Source of the DNA: Camelus ferus
Lineage: Eukaryota
NCBI RefSeq assembly: GCF_009834535.1
Contig: NC_045703.1
Coordinates: 73,408,001-73,472,000 of the forward strand
Length of the DNA stretch: 64,000 nucleotides
Direction of reading: 5' to 3'
Shown here in pieces: positions 1 to 10,636 of this stretch. Numbering within the stretch: the stretch's first letter is position 1; each line of letters opens with the position of its first letter. The notes beneath the pieces were generated by a model that saw only the letters and a list, made by a program, of their open reading frames with translations, was not told where the DNA came from and ran no database searches. Position numbers and translations under genes: made by a program.

Positions 1-1564
1 TTTCAGCCAAGAAAGCAAGGATAAGTGGCTGGAACATCCACGGCGGTCCCTCGACACGTGGGAGACTCCCTCACCAAAAAGCAATTAAAAACCAAAAACG
101 AAACACAGAGTATTTGCACTTTGTAAACTGTAAATTCACTTTGTAGAAATGAGATATTGAAACAGACTGCTTTCATCTGTGAAAACGGAAGGGCTGGCTT
201 CAGAAAATTAATCACATACAATGTATGTGTCCTCCTTTGACCTTCAAAATCTGTAGTTGGTGGAGATGTATTTGAAATGGATTTAAGCTTAATTTCTTCA
301 TCCTACACATGTTAACGTAGCAGAAACCTTTGCCTCAGGGGCTCCGGCTCCAGCCCTGAGCCCCCCCTCCCACTAGGGGTCCCGCCAGGTTTGCTTCGGA
401 ATCAACTGTCCCGACAGCATTGCTGAACGGGTGTTGGAAGCGTTGATTCCGGAGGAGTTTGGGATCTACAGCCGTTCTCATCACGCAGTTCACACGTGCA
501 TGGGTTTGTCTGCTTCTTGGGGTTCCATGTTGACTTGTTTTGTTCTGCCTTCCCAAGATCCCCCTCCCCCCGTGAGCTGGCCAACCACTACGCGGTCTTT
601 ACAGGGAGCTCCCTGGTAGAGAAGAGTATTTTTCAAACTGTTTTTGGAAGAGTTGGTGCTGGCTTTTCCATTTCAGGCTTCTGTTTGAGTTGTGCCTTGG
701 GCGCAGATTATTCATGCAGTAAAATGCTCCAGAATTAATTCTGCATCCGGAGGCAGCATAAAGCGGCCTGTCGTTCAGAAAAGCAAATTTAATCATGACC
801 TGACCAAGCCAGCTAAACGCGCTTGTCAGCCTGCTTTCACTTGGACGCCCGGCCCCTGCCCATCCTACCGTGGTCCCCGGGGGTCCGCTGGGAGGTAAAA
901 CTATGCCCTGAGCAAACTCTGAGCAGCCTCCTCAGAGGAGGCACAGCCAGGATAAGCTGTGCTGGGTGTTGGTCTTGGCCGCCAGGAACAAGTGCCCGTG
1001 GTCCCCTGCGTCCCCTCGTGCTCCTGGAAGTCATCTGAGTAGGGCTTGAGAGGGACGGGTGGGGACCTGTGAACACCAGAACTGGCCTGCGTGGGAGCCG
1101 ACCGCCCCCTCAGAGCTGGACCTGGGCATCCCTGAGCGAGCAGGCACCCACCGGCTCCACAGAGCATCGGGGCGACGGCCCCAGAGCTGAGGGGCGAGTT
1201 GCAATGCTGTCTCAGCTCTAGCTTTGGGTTGCAAAACAAAAGTCTCCCTGGCCCCGAATCCCCCAACACCGACCTGTAAAATGCTCTGTGAACCCGCATG
1301 AGGACGTTTTGCGAGGTGTCTTCCTTATTTAAACTGCATGAAACTGAAAACGGAAACTGTGGAGCCACAAGACCAGCTCAAGTGGGTGTCATCTTTGTTT
1401 AAGGAGCAGTTACGATCCTAAGTTTATGGGATAATCTTTTATATTCTGAACTTTGAATTTAATCATTTTTCTTAGATGGAAATAAAGTACGCTTTCAGAA
1501 CCGTCCTTTGCCTTTGGCTTCATTCTAAGGGTGTTTAGTGTCGGGAGGTGAGGCGGGGGCCCTG

Positions 1565-1720
1565 GGCTGGAGTTGGACCCTGGCCCTGCCCCTCTGGCTG
1601 TGGGGCTTTGGACAGGTTACTGAACCCTGGGGGCCTTCAGTCCCCTGCTCTGTCAAACAGGGCTGAGCGTGGCGCGCACCCTGAGAAGGCTGCGTGTGTT
1701 CACGGATGGAAAGGGCGTGA
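1565..1720 (+). mobile_element. MIR SINE remnant, GC-shifted
   Basis: 'gagttggaccctggccctgcccctctggctgtggggctttggacaggttactgaaccctgggggccttcagtcccctgctctgtcaaacaggg' follows the MIR core order as recalled (ggctctgccacttactagctgtgtgaccttgggcaagttacttaacctctctgtgcctcagtttcctcatctgtaaaatgggg). Confidence 0.55.
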
Positions 1721-2496
1721 GTGATTTTCCTTTTGCTGTGAAGCAGCTGTTCACCCGCTGGGTCCTGAGAGCCGTGAGGACCTCCTGCACATCTTCCTGT
1801 GGGCTGGGTCTTCCCACGTGGACCACAGAAGAAACAGAAGAGCTTCTTGTGATCAAAGCGAGTGCCACTGCTGAGTCCCACCCCCAGTCTTAGCATTTCG
1901 ATTTTGCAGTAGAGAGGATACTGGAACGGAGTTAGGAGGAAGCAGTGAGGAAACAGTCCTCGAGGGGGCGGAGGGTGGACAGTTCTGGAGCAGGTAGGGG
2001 AGGATGAGGTGTCCGAGAAGGCTGAGAGCCTGGGTAACGGCGACAAACAGAAGGGAAGAGGTGGAGCCACAGAGGCAGCGGGCCAAGGCACTGGGGCTGG
2101 AGCAGATGGTTCTGATTGCGGAGTATTAAGATTTCAAATCTAAAGCAGAAATTGTTTCCCTTACGTACCTGGCGCAGCTGTTTTTAGTGATAGATGCCTC
2201 AGTCTTCAAGCCCCCCTACCCCTGCAGCCCTCCTTCTCATGCTTAAAAATGCTCTCTTGCATCCTTGCCAAAAGTCTCCAAGTTGGAGATTATTTAGAAG
2301 TTCACTGACCAACTCATAAATCATGCCCATGCATGTCACATCCAGAATTTTCTGAGTTATCAACATGAAAGGTGTCAACTTTTTTGTAATCAATGTGCAG
2401 AGATGACTGACATAAACTGCGTGTGGACCCCGAATCTTGCAAACAACAGAGCTACTCCAGAGAGAAAGTCAGAATGCAGACAGTTCTGAGCTTGGG

Positions 2497-2710
2497 GGCT
2501 TGTGATGCTGGTGATGGTGGTAGTAGTGGAAATGGCGGAGACAANNNNNNNNNNNNNNNNNNNNNNNNNNNNNNNNNNNNNNNNNNNNNNNNNNNNNNNN
2601 NNNNNNNNNNNNNNNNNNNNNNNNNNNNNNNNNNNNNNNNNNNNNNNNNNNNNNNNNNNNNNNNNNNNNNNNNNNNNNNNGATGATGGTGCTGCTGATGG
2701 TGGTGGTGTA
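2497..2710 (+). repeat. (GAT/GGT)n-type low-complexity repeat interrupted by an N gap
   Basis: Flanks read tgatgctggtgatggtggtagtagtgg and gatgatggtgctgctgatggtggtggtg on either side of the Ns. Confidence 0.75.
2545..2680. other. N gap (136 N)
   Basis: Run of N in the sequence. Confidence 0.99.
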
Positions 2711-5700
2711 AACCTGTAAGGCATTTTTGACTAATTAGATATTTAGGCATTTTTTGCTCTTTCTTCATTCTAAAAAGCTGTATCAGCCATATTACTGTAA
2801 ATCTGTGAACAAGCCACCGCAAAGCTCCGTGGCCTAAAACCGCCCTTGTCTGTTCTTCTCACACCTTTGGCGTTGGCCGGGTTGGCTGGGTGTGGCTGGA
2901 GTAGCCTCTGTGCCTCACACCTGGCCCAGGATGAGGAGGCCAGTGGGGGTGTGTGTCTGAGGCCTGTGACTGAGGCACAGGGTGGTCTGTCCCGCTGCAC
3001 AAGCACACTTCAAGCCTCAGCTCGTGACCTGCCTGCTCACATCTGGTGACCATCCCAGGCTCTGAGCAGTCGTGGGTGGGGAAGCATACGCTGCCCAGCA
3101 GGAGGCCATGGCAGCTGGGGTATGAAGGAAGCTACTGAGCGATGGAGATCCCACCGAGCTGCAGTCCAGCACGAGGTGTATGCTGAGCCTCCGGGTGGCC
3201 AGAGCCCCACATTTGGTGGTGCAGCCGGGCAGGAAGGAAAGGGGTGCGGGTCTGCCTGCCGCGCCAGATGTAAAGGAAGCACGAGCCACGTGGGAAAGAG
3301 GAATGGAGCTGGCTTCCCTGTAGTAGCAGCGTGCCCTTGACTCCAGCCTCCCAGCCACAGAAAGAGGCTTCCACCCCTCCCTCTCTGAGCCGCGAGACCA
3401 GGAGGGGAAAGCACGCGTCAGGAGCGCTGGCACAAAGCAGGCGCTGCACGGGCAGCGCTGTGGCGCCACGTGTGTCGGGATGGTGCTCTGTCACATGGGT
3501 CTGCATCTTCCTCCTCAGAGCACAGAGGACGGGGAGTCTCGAATCCAAACCCCGAGTGCTGCGTGTCTGGTACGTGGAAGCTGCCGGGCTTCACCTAAAG
3601 GAGGGAGCACTTCAAAGATGGGAGTGAGTTGACTTCATTCGGACACGCCCGTTGTTGGGGACCGATTTCACTCATGAGGGATGGAGACTAGGAAGCCACA
3701 TCACGGTGGCAGAAGAACCTTTTTTGTCACTTGGAAGGTGGAACAGGAATCAGACCGCTCAGGGTGGATGCGTCCAGCAGCCCCGGCTCCAGCCTCCCGG
3801 GGTCGTGGGCCCTGTCCTGCCGTCCTTAGAGTGAGGCCTCGTCCAGGGCATGGCCGGAGGCTCCCGCATCTTCACCAGTGAGCAAACATGACAGAGGGCC
3901 GGGGGCCAAGACCGAAGACCGGCTGAGCCCGGCACGTTTCTGTGATAGCTGCCCTGAGCCCCCTCGAGTGGACGGCTGCAGAATTTCACTGGCCACTGAC
4001 ACTTCCTCTCTGAGGCTCTAGCTTCAGAGTTTTAACTGGACACCTGTGGCCCAGTACAGGGTGAGCCAGGGCGGGAGGGCTGCCAGGGAGGCCGGAGAGA
4101 ACGGCCCTGGGGAGGCCACAGCGGCTGCCACACCTGCCCTCTGACACGTGACGACACACCAACGACACCACAGCGTTTCCTCCACCTGACACATTTCACG
4201 GGGAACAGACGCCTTCTCCTGCCTGTCTCCGCTGGGCGCCTGAACGCCTGCTCAGTGCTGGGGAGGCCGGCCAGCTAACTCAGCCCAGGTGTGTCTCACA
4301 GCGGAAAGGGTTCCGACGTCTTGTCGTTCATGTTTTACCTTCAGAACAGACGTTTGGTTTCCTTAAGTTAAATCTAAAATTATGCTTAGTAAACAGATGG
4401 TTTCTTTGTTTAAAAAGACGGATTTTTGTATTCCCCACCAGCCTTCCCTGTCTCCTGAGGCTGCCGTAGTTCAGAGGAAAGGGGCCTTTTTATTGCTCCT
4501 TAGGGTCTTGTACGTGTGCCCGGCGGAGCCACCTTGACTGCTCCAGTTTAAATCTACGTATTCATGACTCTCTGAGTACTATAACAGAAGAGCTGACTTT
4601 TATTACTTAAAATGTGTCAAACTGTTTGCTTTTTCATCTCAGAAAAATTGTCTTTCTAATTTGGTAGGCATTTTATTAACTGAGCCCCATTATAATTAAA
4701 AAACCCACATTTCTAGAAGTAAGATAAAACTGATAATCTAAACGTGTTTTAAATGGGTGGAAGGCGTCAGTCTGGTTGGTGGTCTGAGCCAGGCAGGTGT
4801 AACCGGGGGTGGGCTCGTCAGGGAGCGGGGTGTCTCAGAGGCTTCTGCGGACAGTAGCTTCCTGAATTTCTGACACGGGGCCGTGTACTCGCTGAGCCTT
4901 ATTCAGGCCCTCCTCCCGCCTGGGGGAGAGGGTGGCGTAGGAGCAGAGCGTGCCGCTTCCGAGGCCCAGACCTGTACTGAGAGGCTGCTGCTCCTGGTGG
5001 CCCTGCAGCCCTCACGCCTCCCTTACCCGGAACAAACCGGAAACCGCTCCTCGGCGACACGCCCGCTCCTAAACCCGCACACCCGAGCTGTGTCTGCCCT
5101 TGAAGCAGACCCCCTACCTGTAGCACTGCTGTCCCCACAGCGTGCAGCGAGCACATGAGAGAGGCGCTCGGAGCTGCATTTTGGGTGGATGACAGTGGAC
5201 GTGTTACTCCGTGAACATTTCAAATGACAGATGGGTTTTATCATAAGATTGTGCCTTCCATTTCATCTCTTTCTCTCTAGATTCAGCCACACTTATTTTT
5301 CACTTTTCCAAATACATTTGCTTCAAAGATACACACATCAAATGAAATATTGAGAAATGGGCTATATCCTGTCATTAACGACAATTATTGCGACATGTTC
5401 CAGAGAAAGGGAAACAGTAACAGAAGGTAGCTGGAAGGTCCGGTGACAAAGTTTTCAGAGAGCAGCGACTCCACGGCTCGGCCGGAGGGGAGCAGGTGCT
5501 TGCTGCAGCTCCAGCTCCAGGGACACAGCGTCCCCGCTCCATCACGGATTCCGTGGACTGTGGTGTCAAGTCCGACCACGGAAGCTGTTCTCCACGTCAG
5601 TCAGTTTGCCTGTTTTGCCGCCCAGATTGTGAACAGTTTCACCTTTTCCCTCTAAACCTAAAACCAATCGTTGCAAAACTTGCTGGCTTTGTTGGCTTTT

Positions 5701-7059
5701 GAGTTGGTGGAGCTGAGCTGATTCACTGCAGCTCTCTCAGGGCTGTTGAGGATTCCTTCACTTGTAAATTTTGGTATGACTACAGCCATCTATTATTCCT
5801 TCTTTTAAGTTTTAAAACCTACATGCCAAACAGAAGACGTAGTTCTAGACACCTTAGGTCATATTTGTAATAACATCAATTATGTCATTAAATCTGCTTG
5901 TGATGGCCGCCATTTCCATAACCTCAGACTCCCCAAAGAACTGTCTACAGTTTACAGTTCACATCAAGTAACAACCTCCTTCACAATTAAATTAATATTT
6001 CCTTCTCAACGTGTTTATTTCCCTTACCTTCAATTATTACAGCTCTTAGTTAGCAGCAACAATTTGCTTTTGATTTTTCTATTTTTCATATTCTTACTGT
6101 GACACAGAAAGGTCATTTAATAAATTCACAGTGGACTTGCTGTTTTTCATATTTAGTATTTCATGCCTGAAAAAAGTGTAGAAGAATTAATCTTTTTGTT
6201 AAACGCTAAACATACATGTTTTACAGAATCTGCTTCTTTGAGAATGAGGTGCGGAGGTGGCATTCCATCTTATTGATGAAATGCACATTGACTATTAAAA
6301 GGAAAATCATTCGTATGAATAGAACTTGGAAAGGAAGACCTTTTAACAGTCCCAGCTCGTTACCTTTAGGGTGCTGAAAAGCCCCGTAGATTAATATCCT
6401 CTGGCAGTGAGCCCAGACTATCCTTATTTGATTGTAAGTTGGACGCATTTTCAATCAATTAAAGCACGTTCGGTTTGGAAGTTTTCCCTTCTGTGAACGG
6501 CTCATATGTGCCGAGGTGGACCCCAGTCACACGGCCTCTGGGCGCCTTTTCTGGTCACTGTTCCAAGGGCTTGCTGCCAGGGTCCCCTGAACGCACCTCG
6601 GGTACTGGGTACTGGGTGTGCTCCCAGCCTGCCTCTCTCTTATGCAGTCAAAATTTCCTTCTCTGAAGCATTTCTAGTATAGCGATACAGCATATTGCAT
6701 GGCTCTATCCGTGTTTGCTGAAGGCCGGTGCGTGAGTAACGCCGTTTTCAAGAGGAAGGTAGCAGGAGTTGTGCTGACTGCTCCCTGCGGGCCCACCACT
6801 GACTCACGGCTGGGGGGGGCGGTTAAACCTGCGGCTTGTGACCTCGGGCAGGAGCTCTAGCTCCTCTGAATTGCAGCCTCCTCCCTGGAAAAGGAGGACA
6901 TTCATACCAGTCTTGCTGGATGATGGACAGCCATGTCCGGGGTGGGGGGTGGGAGCACTGGTACTGTCCTTGCTAACGTCTCTACCTCCCCCTGCCCCCC
7001 CTCTTGGAAGGAGACCCCTGAGGCGTCTACCGCCTGGTCCTACCCCTGTGTCTCCCAAC

Positions 7060-7190
7060 CCCTTCCTGGTCACCGTTCATTCCCTAGACTTTTTAGCCCC
7101 CGGCTCAGTGTTCCCTCCTCCCGGTTTCCTCCACGTCTGTAGCCTCCTTGGTTATTTCTGCAGGGACTTTTTCTGCTCACTTTAGCCATC
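7060..7190 (+). mobile_element. possible L2 LINE fragment
   Basis: Pyrimidine-rich 'ccctcctcccggtttcctccacgtctgtagcctccttggttatttctgcagggactttttctgctcactttag' resembles the recalled L2 segment 'ctctcctggttttcctcctacctctctggccgctccttctcagtctcctttgctgg'. Confidence 0.35.
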
Positions 7191-7486
7191 ATCCCCTAAG
7201 ACACAGCAGAGACTCTGTGTGCCTACAGAGAGCTCGCTTCCAAAGCCCTAAATCCACACCTTCACAGCTGCTCTTCCCTCCAAATCGAGGAAGCCTGGGA
7301 AGTGACCTTTCAGTCCCATGAACAAATCCTACCCTCGGCCAGTTCAGACTCATTCTGTTTTCACCTCTTGGGACCTTAGCTTTCTTCTCCACTCAGGGTA
7401 GAGTCTCTGGGTTGCCCTTAGAACTGCCCCTCTGCAAATGTCCTCCACCCTTTGGGAAAGTCCTCTGTGAACTTCGTGTGGTGGAG

Positions 7487-7520
7487 CCCGACACTGAGTG
7501 GACCCCGACACTGAGTGGAC
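7487..7520. repeat. perfect 17-bp tandem duplication
   Basis: cccgacactgagtggac at 7487-7503 and again at 7504-7520. Confidence 0.95.
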
Positions 7521-7879
7521 CCCACTGTCTTTTACCTCCACCCTCACACCCAAGCAGTGAGGCGCTGCTGAAGGAAAATGACAAAACTGCCCCACTTAGC
7601 ATGACCGTCTGATGATACTGGACTGTCCTCTCTCCGCTCAGCCTCGCATTTTCTCCAGGATGATTCTACACCTTTTTCTGGGTCCACCTTATCCCCTCCA
7701 CCTGTCCCCCTCCTTCCCCGATTCCTAGCACGCCTTTCACACCTTGGTCCGGCCACCACCTCACCTCTAGGCCGTTGGTGGGCGTCGCTCCTCTCCTCCA
7801 CCGCCGCACAGGCCTCCTCAGGGTGACGTCCCTCTCCCATGCTCGGTGGGGACGCACCCCTTCCTCCTCTTTGACGGGC

Positions 7880-8075
7880 GATGACCTCGCCTGCTCTGAC
7901 ACCTTCCCTTCCTCCTGTCTGTCACTCGGCTTTCCGTGGTCCCTTCCTCCTACGACCATGGACCACCTCTCTTTCTGCTCTCAGGTCTCTCAGCTGGTAA
8001 AGCCTTTCTTGGCCCCCGTCCCTCTGCTCATCAAATCATAAGATTCTGGAGCTCTCAGGGTCCTGTCCTGAGACA
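7880..8075 (+). mobile_element. L2 LINE remnant (RT region, left piece)
   Basis: 'ggagctctcagggtcctgtcctgaga' resembles the L2 segment ggagttccccagggctctgtcctaggccc (GVPQGSVLGP motif), preceded by typical L2 pyrimidine-rich sequence. Confidence 0.6.
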
Positions 8076-8149
8076 GTGCTTGTAGATGGAGCTTTGGGCT
8101 CCAATAAGGGACGCCAGCGTCGGCTGGAACTTGGGCATAAAAGTGGAAT

Positions 8150-8173
8150 GGGGGGAGGGGGGAGGGGGGAGGG
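8150..8173 (+). other. G-quadruplex-forming tract G6-A-G6-A-G6-A-G3
   Basis: Four G-runs of 3 or more separated by single A loops, read directly from the sequence. Confidence 0.8.
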
Positions 8174-8404
8174 CTTGCTGTGTGGGTGGCGGGCCTTCCT
8201 GCCTGAGGCCGGCACACTGGCCCCAGCTGGGGTCTTTACAGCCCTGGGGATGTTCTTTTCCTGTCTCCCTGGGCCTCGCATGAGAATCAGAACCGAACCC
8301 AGGAAACACCACTCTCTCAGGTGTTTGTTTGTGAAGCCTGGAACTGGCCCGGGTCTGTGAGCCGTTTCCACTGGCCGCGAACCCAGCCCACACCTCCTCA
8401 GACC

Positions 8405-8600
8405 TAGTGCTGCAAGGAAGCCCTCACGCACTCCCGTGGCTTCGAATTCCAAACCCAGGTATCTTCACTCCATGCAAATACTTCCATCCCGAGTGAGGCC
8501 ATCCTGCTTCAGCTGTCACGCTGACTCTGGGCAGTGATTTCCTCATGGCCACGCCCTCTCCTACTGTTCACCATCCGCCCCCCTGGAGCTTCCATGGATC
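8405..8600 (+). mobile_element. L2 LINE remnant (right piece)
   Basis: 'ccctcacgcactcccgtggcttcgaattcc' resembles the L2 segment 'ctcatccactcccatggcttcaattacc', which follows the motif seen at 8050-8075. Confidence 0.5.
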
Positions 8601-9183
8601 CTTCAGAGCCGTCAGGTCTTACTTAACTGCCACCTCCCCCAGGAGGGGATGTTTTTAACCCCATGATCTAGTTGCTCCTGCCAGCATCTTGGGGTGTGGA
8701 GCTGGACCCTCCTCAGAACAGTGCATCCTTGTGCCAAGTCATCTGTGTGTCCTTTTTGTTGCACACCCCCATTCAGAAGGCAGGGAGGACAGAGGCTCTT
8801 CCCCTCCTGCCCGTGAGCGTTTCCAGCTCCAAACGCAGCACGTTGTAAGCGATTTGGGTGCACAGGTGCGTGTCTGCCGGGTTGGGTACTTGGGAGGGCG
8901 AACTCCATGCCTGGTGGAGCCCAGGTGTTCTCCAAACAGGGGCTACGATGAAAACCCAGCCTCGTCCCACAGCTCTGTTTCTTTTCCACCCGGTTTTCTC
9001 ATCCTGGGATGGGTAGCTCCTTTTTCTTATGAAAAAAATCCTCCTTAGGCGCCCCGCCCCTTACCCACAGGCTCCCACCCCTGCAGCTGGTCGGGGAAGA
9101 CCTGGCCGCCCACACCCTCCTTTTGCCATGACTGTTGCTCTTGCCCACTCTCTCTGGCTCTTTTCCACACGTCGCTGCGTTAC

Positions 9184-9915
9184 TGTAGATGAGGTAGGAA
9201 AGTACAGAACAAACAGAAAACACACACCTCGCTCCGCACGGTCACAGCCCATCTCACTCCTGGCACCAGGCGTGTGGTGGTGTCCCCAACACCAACAAAT
9301 TCTCCCTTTCTCTGAACCCCCACCTGGGTGTCCCACGATTCAGTTCAGTTCCGGCACCACCTGGAGCTAGCCCAGCCCTCCCAGTGCTGTCCCACTGTGG
9401 GAAGGGCTTCCACACAGGAAACTGGGAGGAAGGCCACCGGCATCCAGTCCATGGCAGGCTCTCAGAACGGACCGTTAGGGTGTCAACTCATCAAGAAGTG
9501 AGAAACACAGGCAACCTTGAGAGGGTCAGGTGGGACCCTTGGACAAAACCCTGCAGGAAGAGCGGATTTGAGAAGAAGGGAGGTGAACGGGGTCTGCAGG
9601 TCGTGATGGTGGTGGGTGAGGACCAGCGGGGAGTCCTGGAGCGGGGGCAGACACGTGGGGAGGGTGGAAGCCAGACTCCGTGGGGTCAGGCGTGTGCCTG
9701 GAACCGGCCGCCTGCATCGAACACCACTCACCACCCCCCACTGCACACCCTTGAGGAGCCGAGACCTCCCTCCACTCATGTATCTGGACTCCTCCCCTTC
9801 GCAGGAACAAACCGCCTACACGCAAGGCCAGCTCCTGGTCCCCAGAAAATACACACAAAGGAGAGGTAACGTTTAATGAGACATTAAAAGACATACCAAC
9901 ATATATTTCAAATCA
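9184..9915 (-). mobile_element. MER21-family (ERVL) LTR, degenerate
   Basis: Core 9245-9385 'ctcctggcaccaggcgtgtggtggtgtccccaacaccaacaaattctccctttctctgaacccccacctgggtgtcccacgattcagttcagttccggcacc' matches the recalled MER21 reverse complement (cccacaccaaccaattctcc...ctgggtgtcctacaattcaattcaattctgacac). Outer limits are uncertain. Confidence 0.6.
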
Positions 9916-10496
9916 ATAGCAGATTTCAAGAGAGTGAGGAAATCTGAACCACACGAGGTAGATTTCTCTTTGTAAGTTTTATATACTAAGGCTTTAAGCA
10001 GAACCTAATTCCATATATATTTTTACATTCCGTTCCCCATACCAATAGAACTTTTGAAGATTTGACTGATCATGTTTCACTTATTTATTTTGTAAACATA
10101 TTGATGGAGAAGGAAATAGCAAAGTGCCCATTTAAACGTCGTTTTTTGGTGGTTCCCAGAAGCCTTTGGTCTATAGCAGCTAAAAAAAATGATTCTTTCT
10201 TAAAGGAAGTTCCTGCATCACTCGTTTTTATCAGAGATACCACTGGAGGCCCCTTTCATTGGTGCCTCATTGGACTCGAACGGCCACGTTCCCAGCGCCC
10301 CGCTGTGTTGAAGCTCCAGACACTCGAGGGTCTCGGCGTCTCCAAGAGCAGAGCAAGATGTCATCTGCGTTAATAATTCGTCCTTAATCATCCTTCCTCT
10401 GCTTGTCGGCTCCCTGCCTTCCTCCAGAGCCACCACCAAAGCCCAGAGACTGAAGCCTGGGGGGCCCACCCCTTTCCGGAATCCCATCGCTCGGGG

Positions 10497-10636
10497 TCTG
10501 AGCCTCAGTTTCTGCGTCTGTAAGCTGAGCCACGATCAGCAGGGCTCGGGGGAGTCACTGGGCTGTGATACAGACGGCGTTTAGCAAAGTGCTGGGCGCT
10601 TGGTAGCTGCTCAGTTAAAAACAGCTATTCTTACTT
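10497..10636 (+). mobile_element. MIR SINE
   Basis: 'ctgagcctcagtttctgcgtctgtaag...gcgtttagcaaagtgctgggcgcttggtagctgctcagttaaaaacagctatt' matches the MIR core and 3' tail. Confidence 0.7.

Noticed and set aside
2423-2822. ORFs spanning N runs (also 29531-30362 and 61347-61740)
   Set aside because: They are open only because N translates as X.
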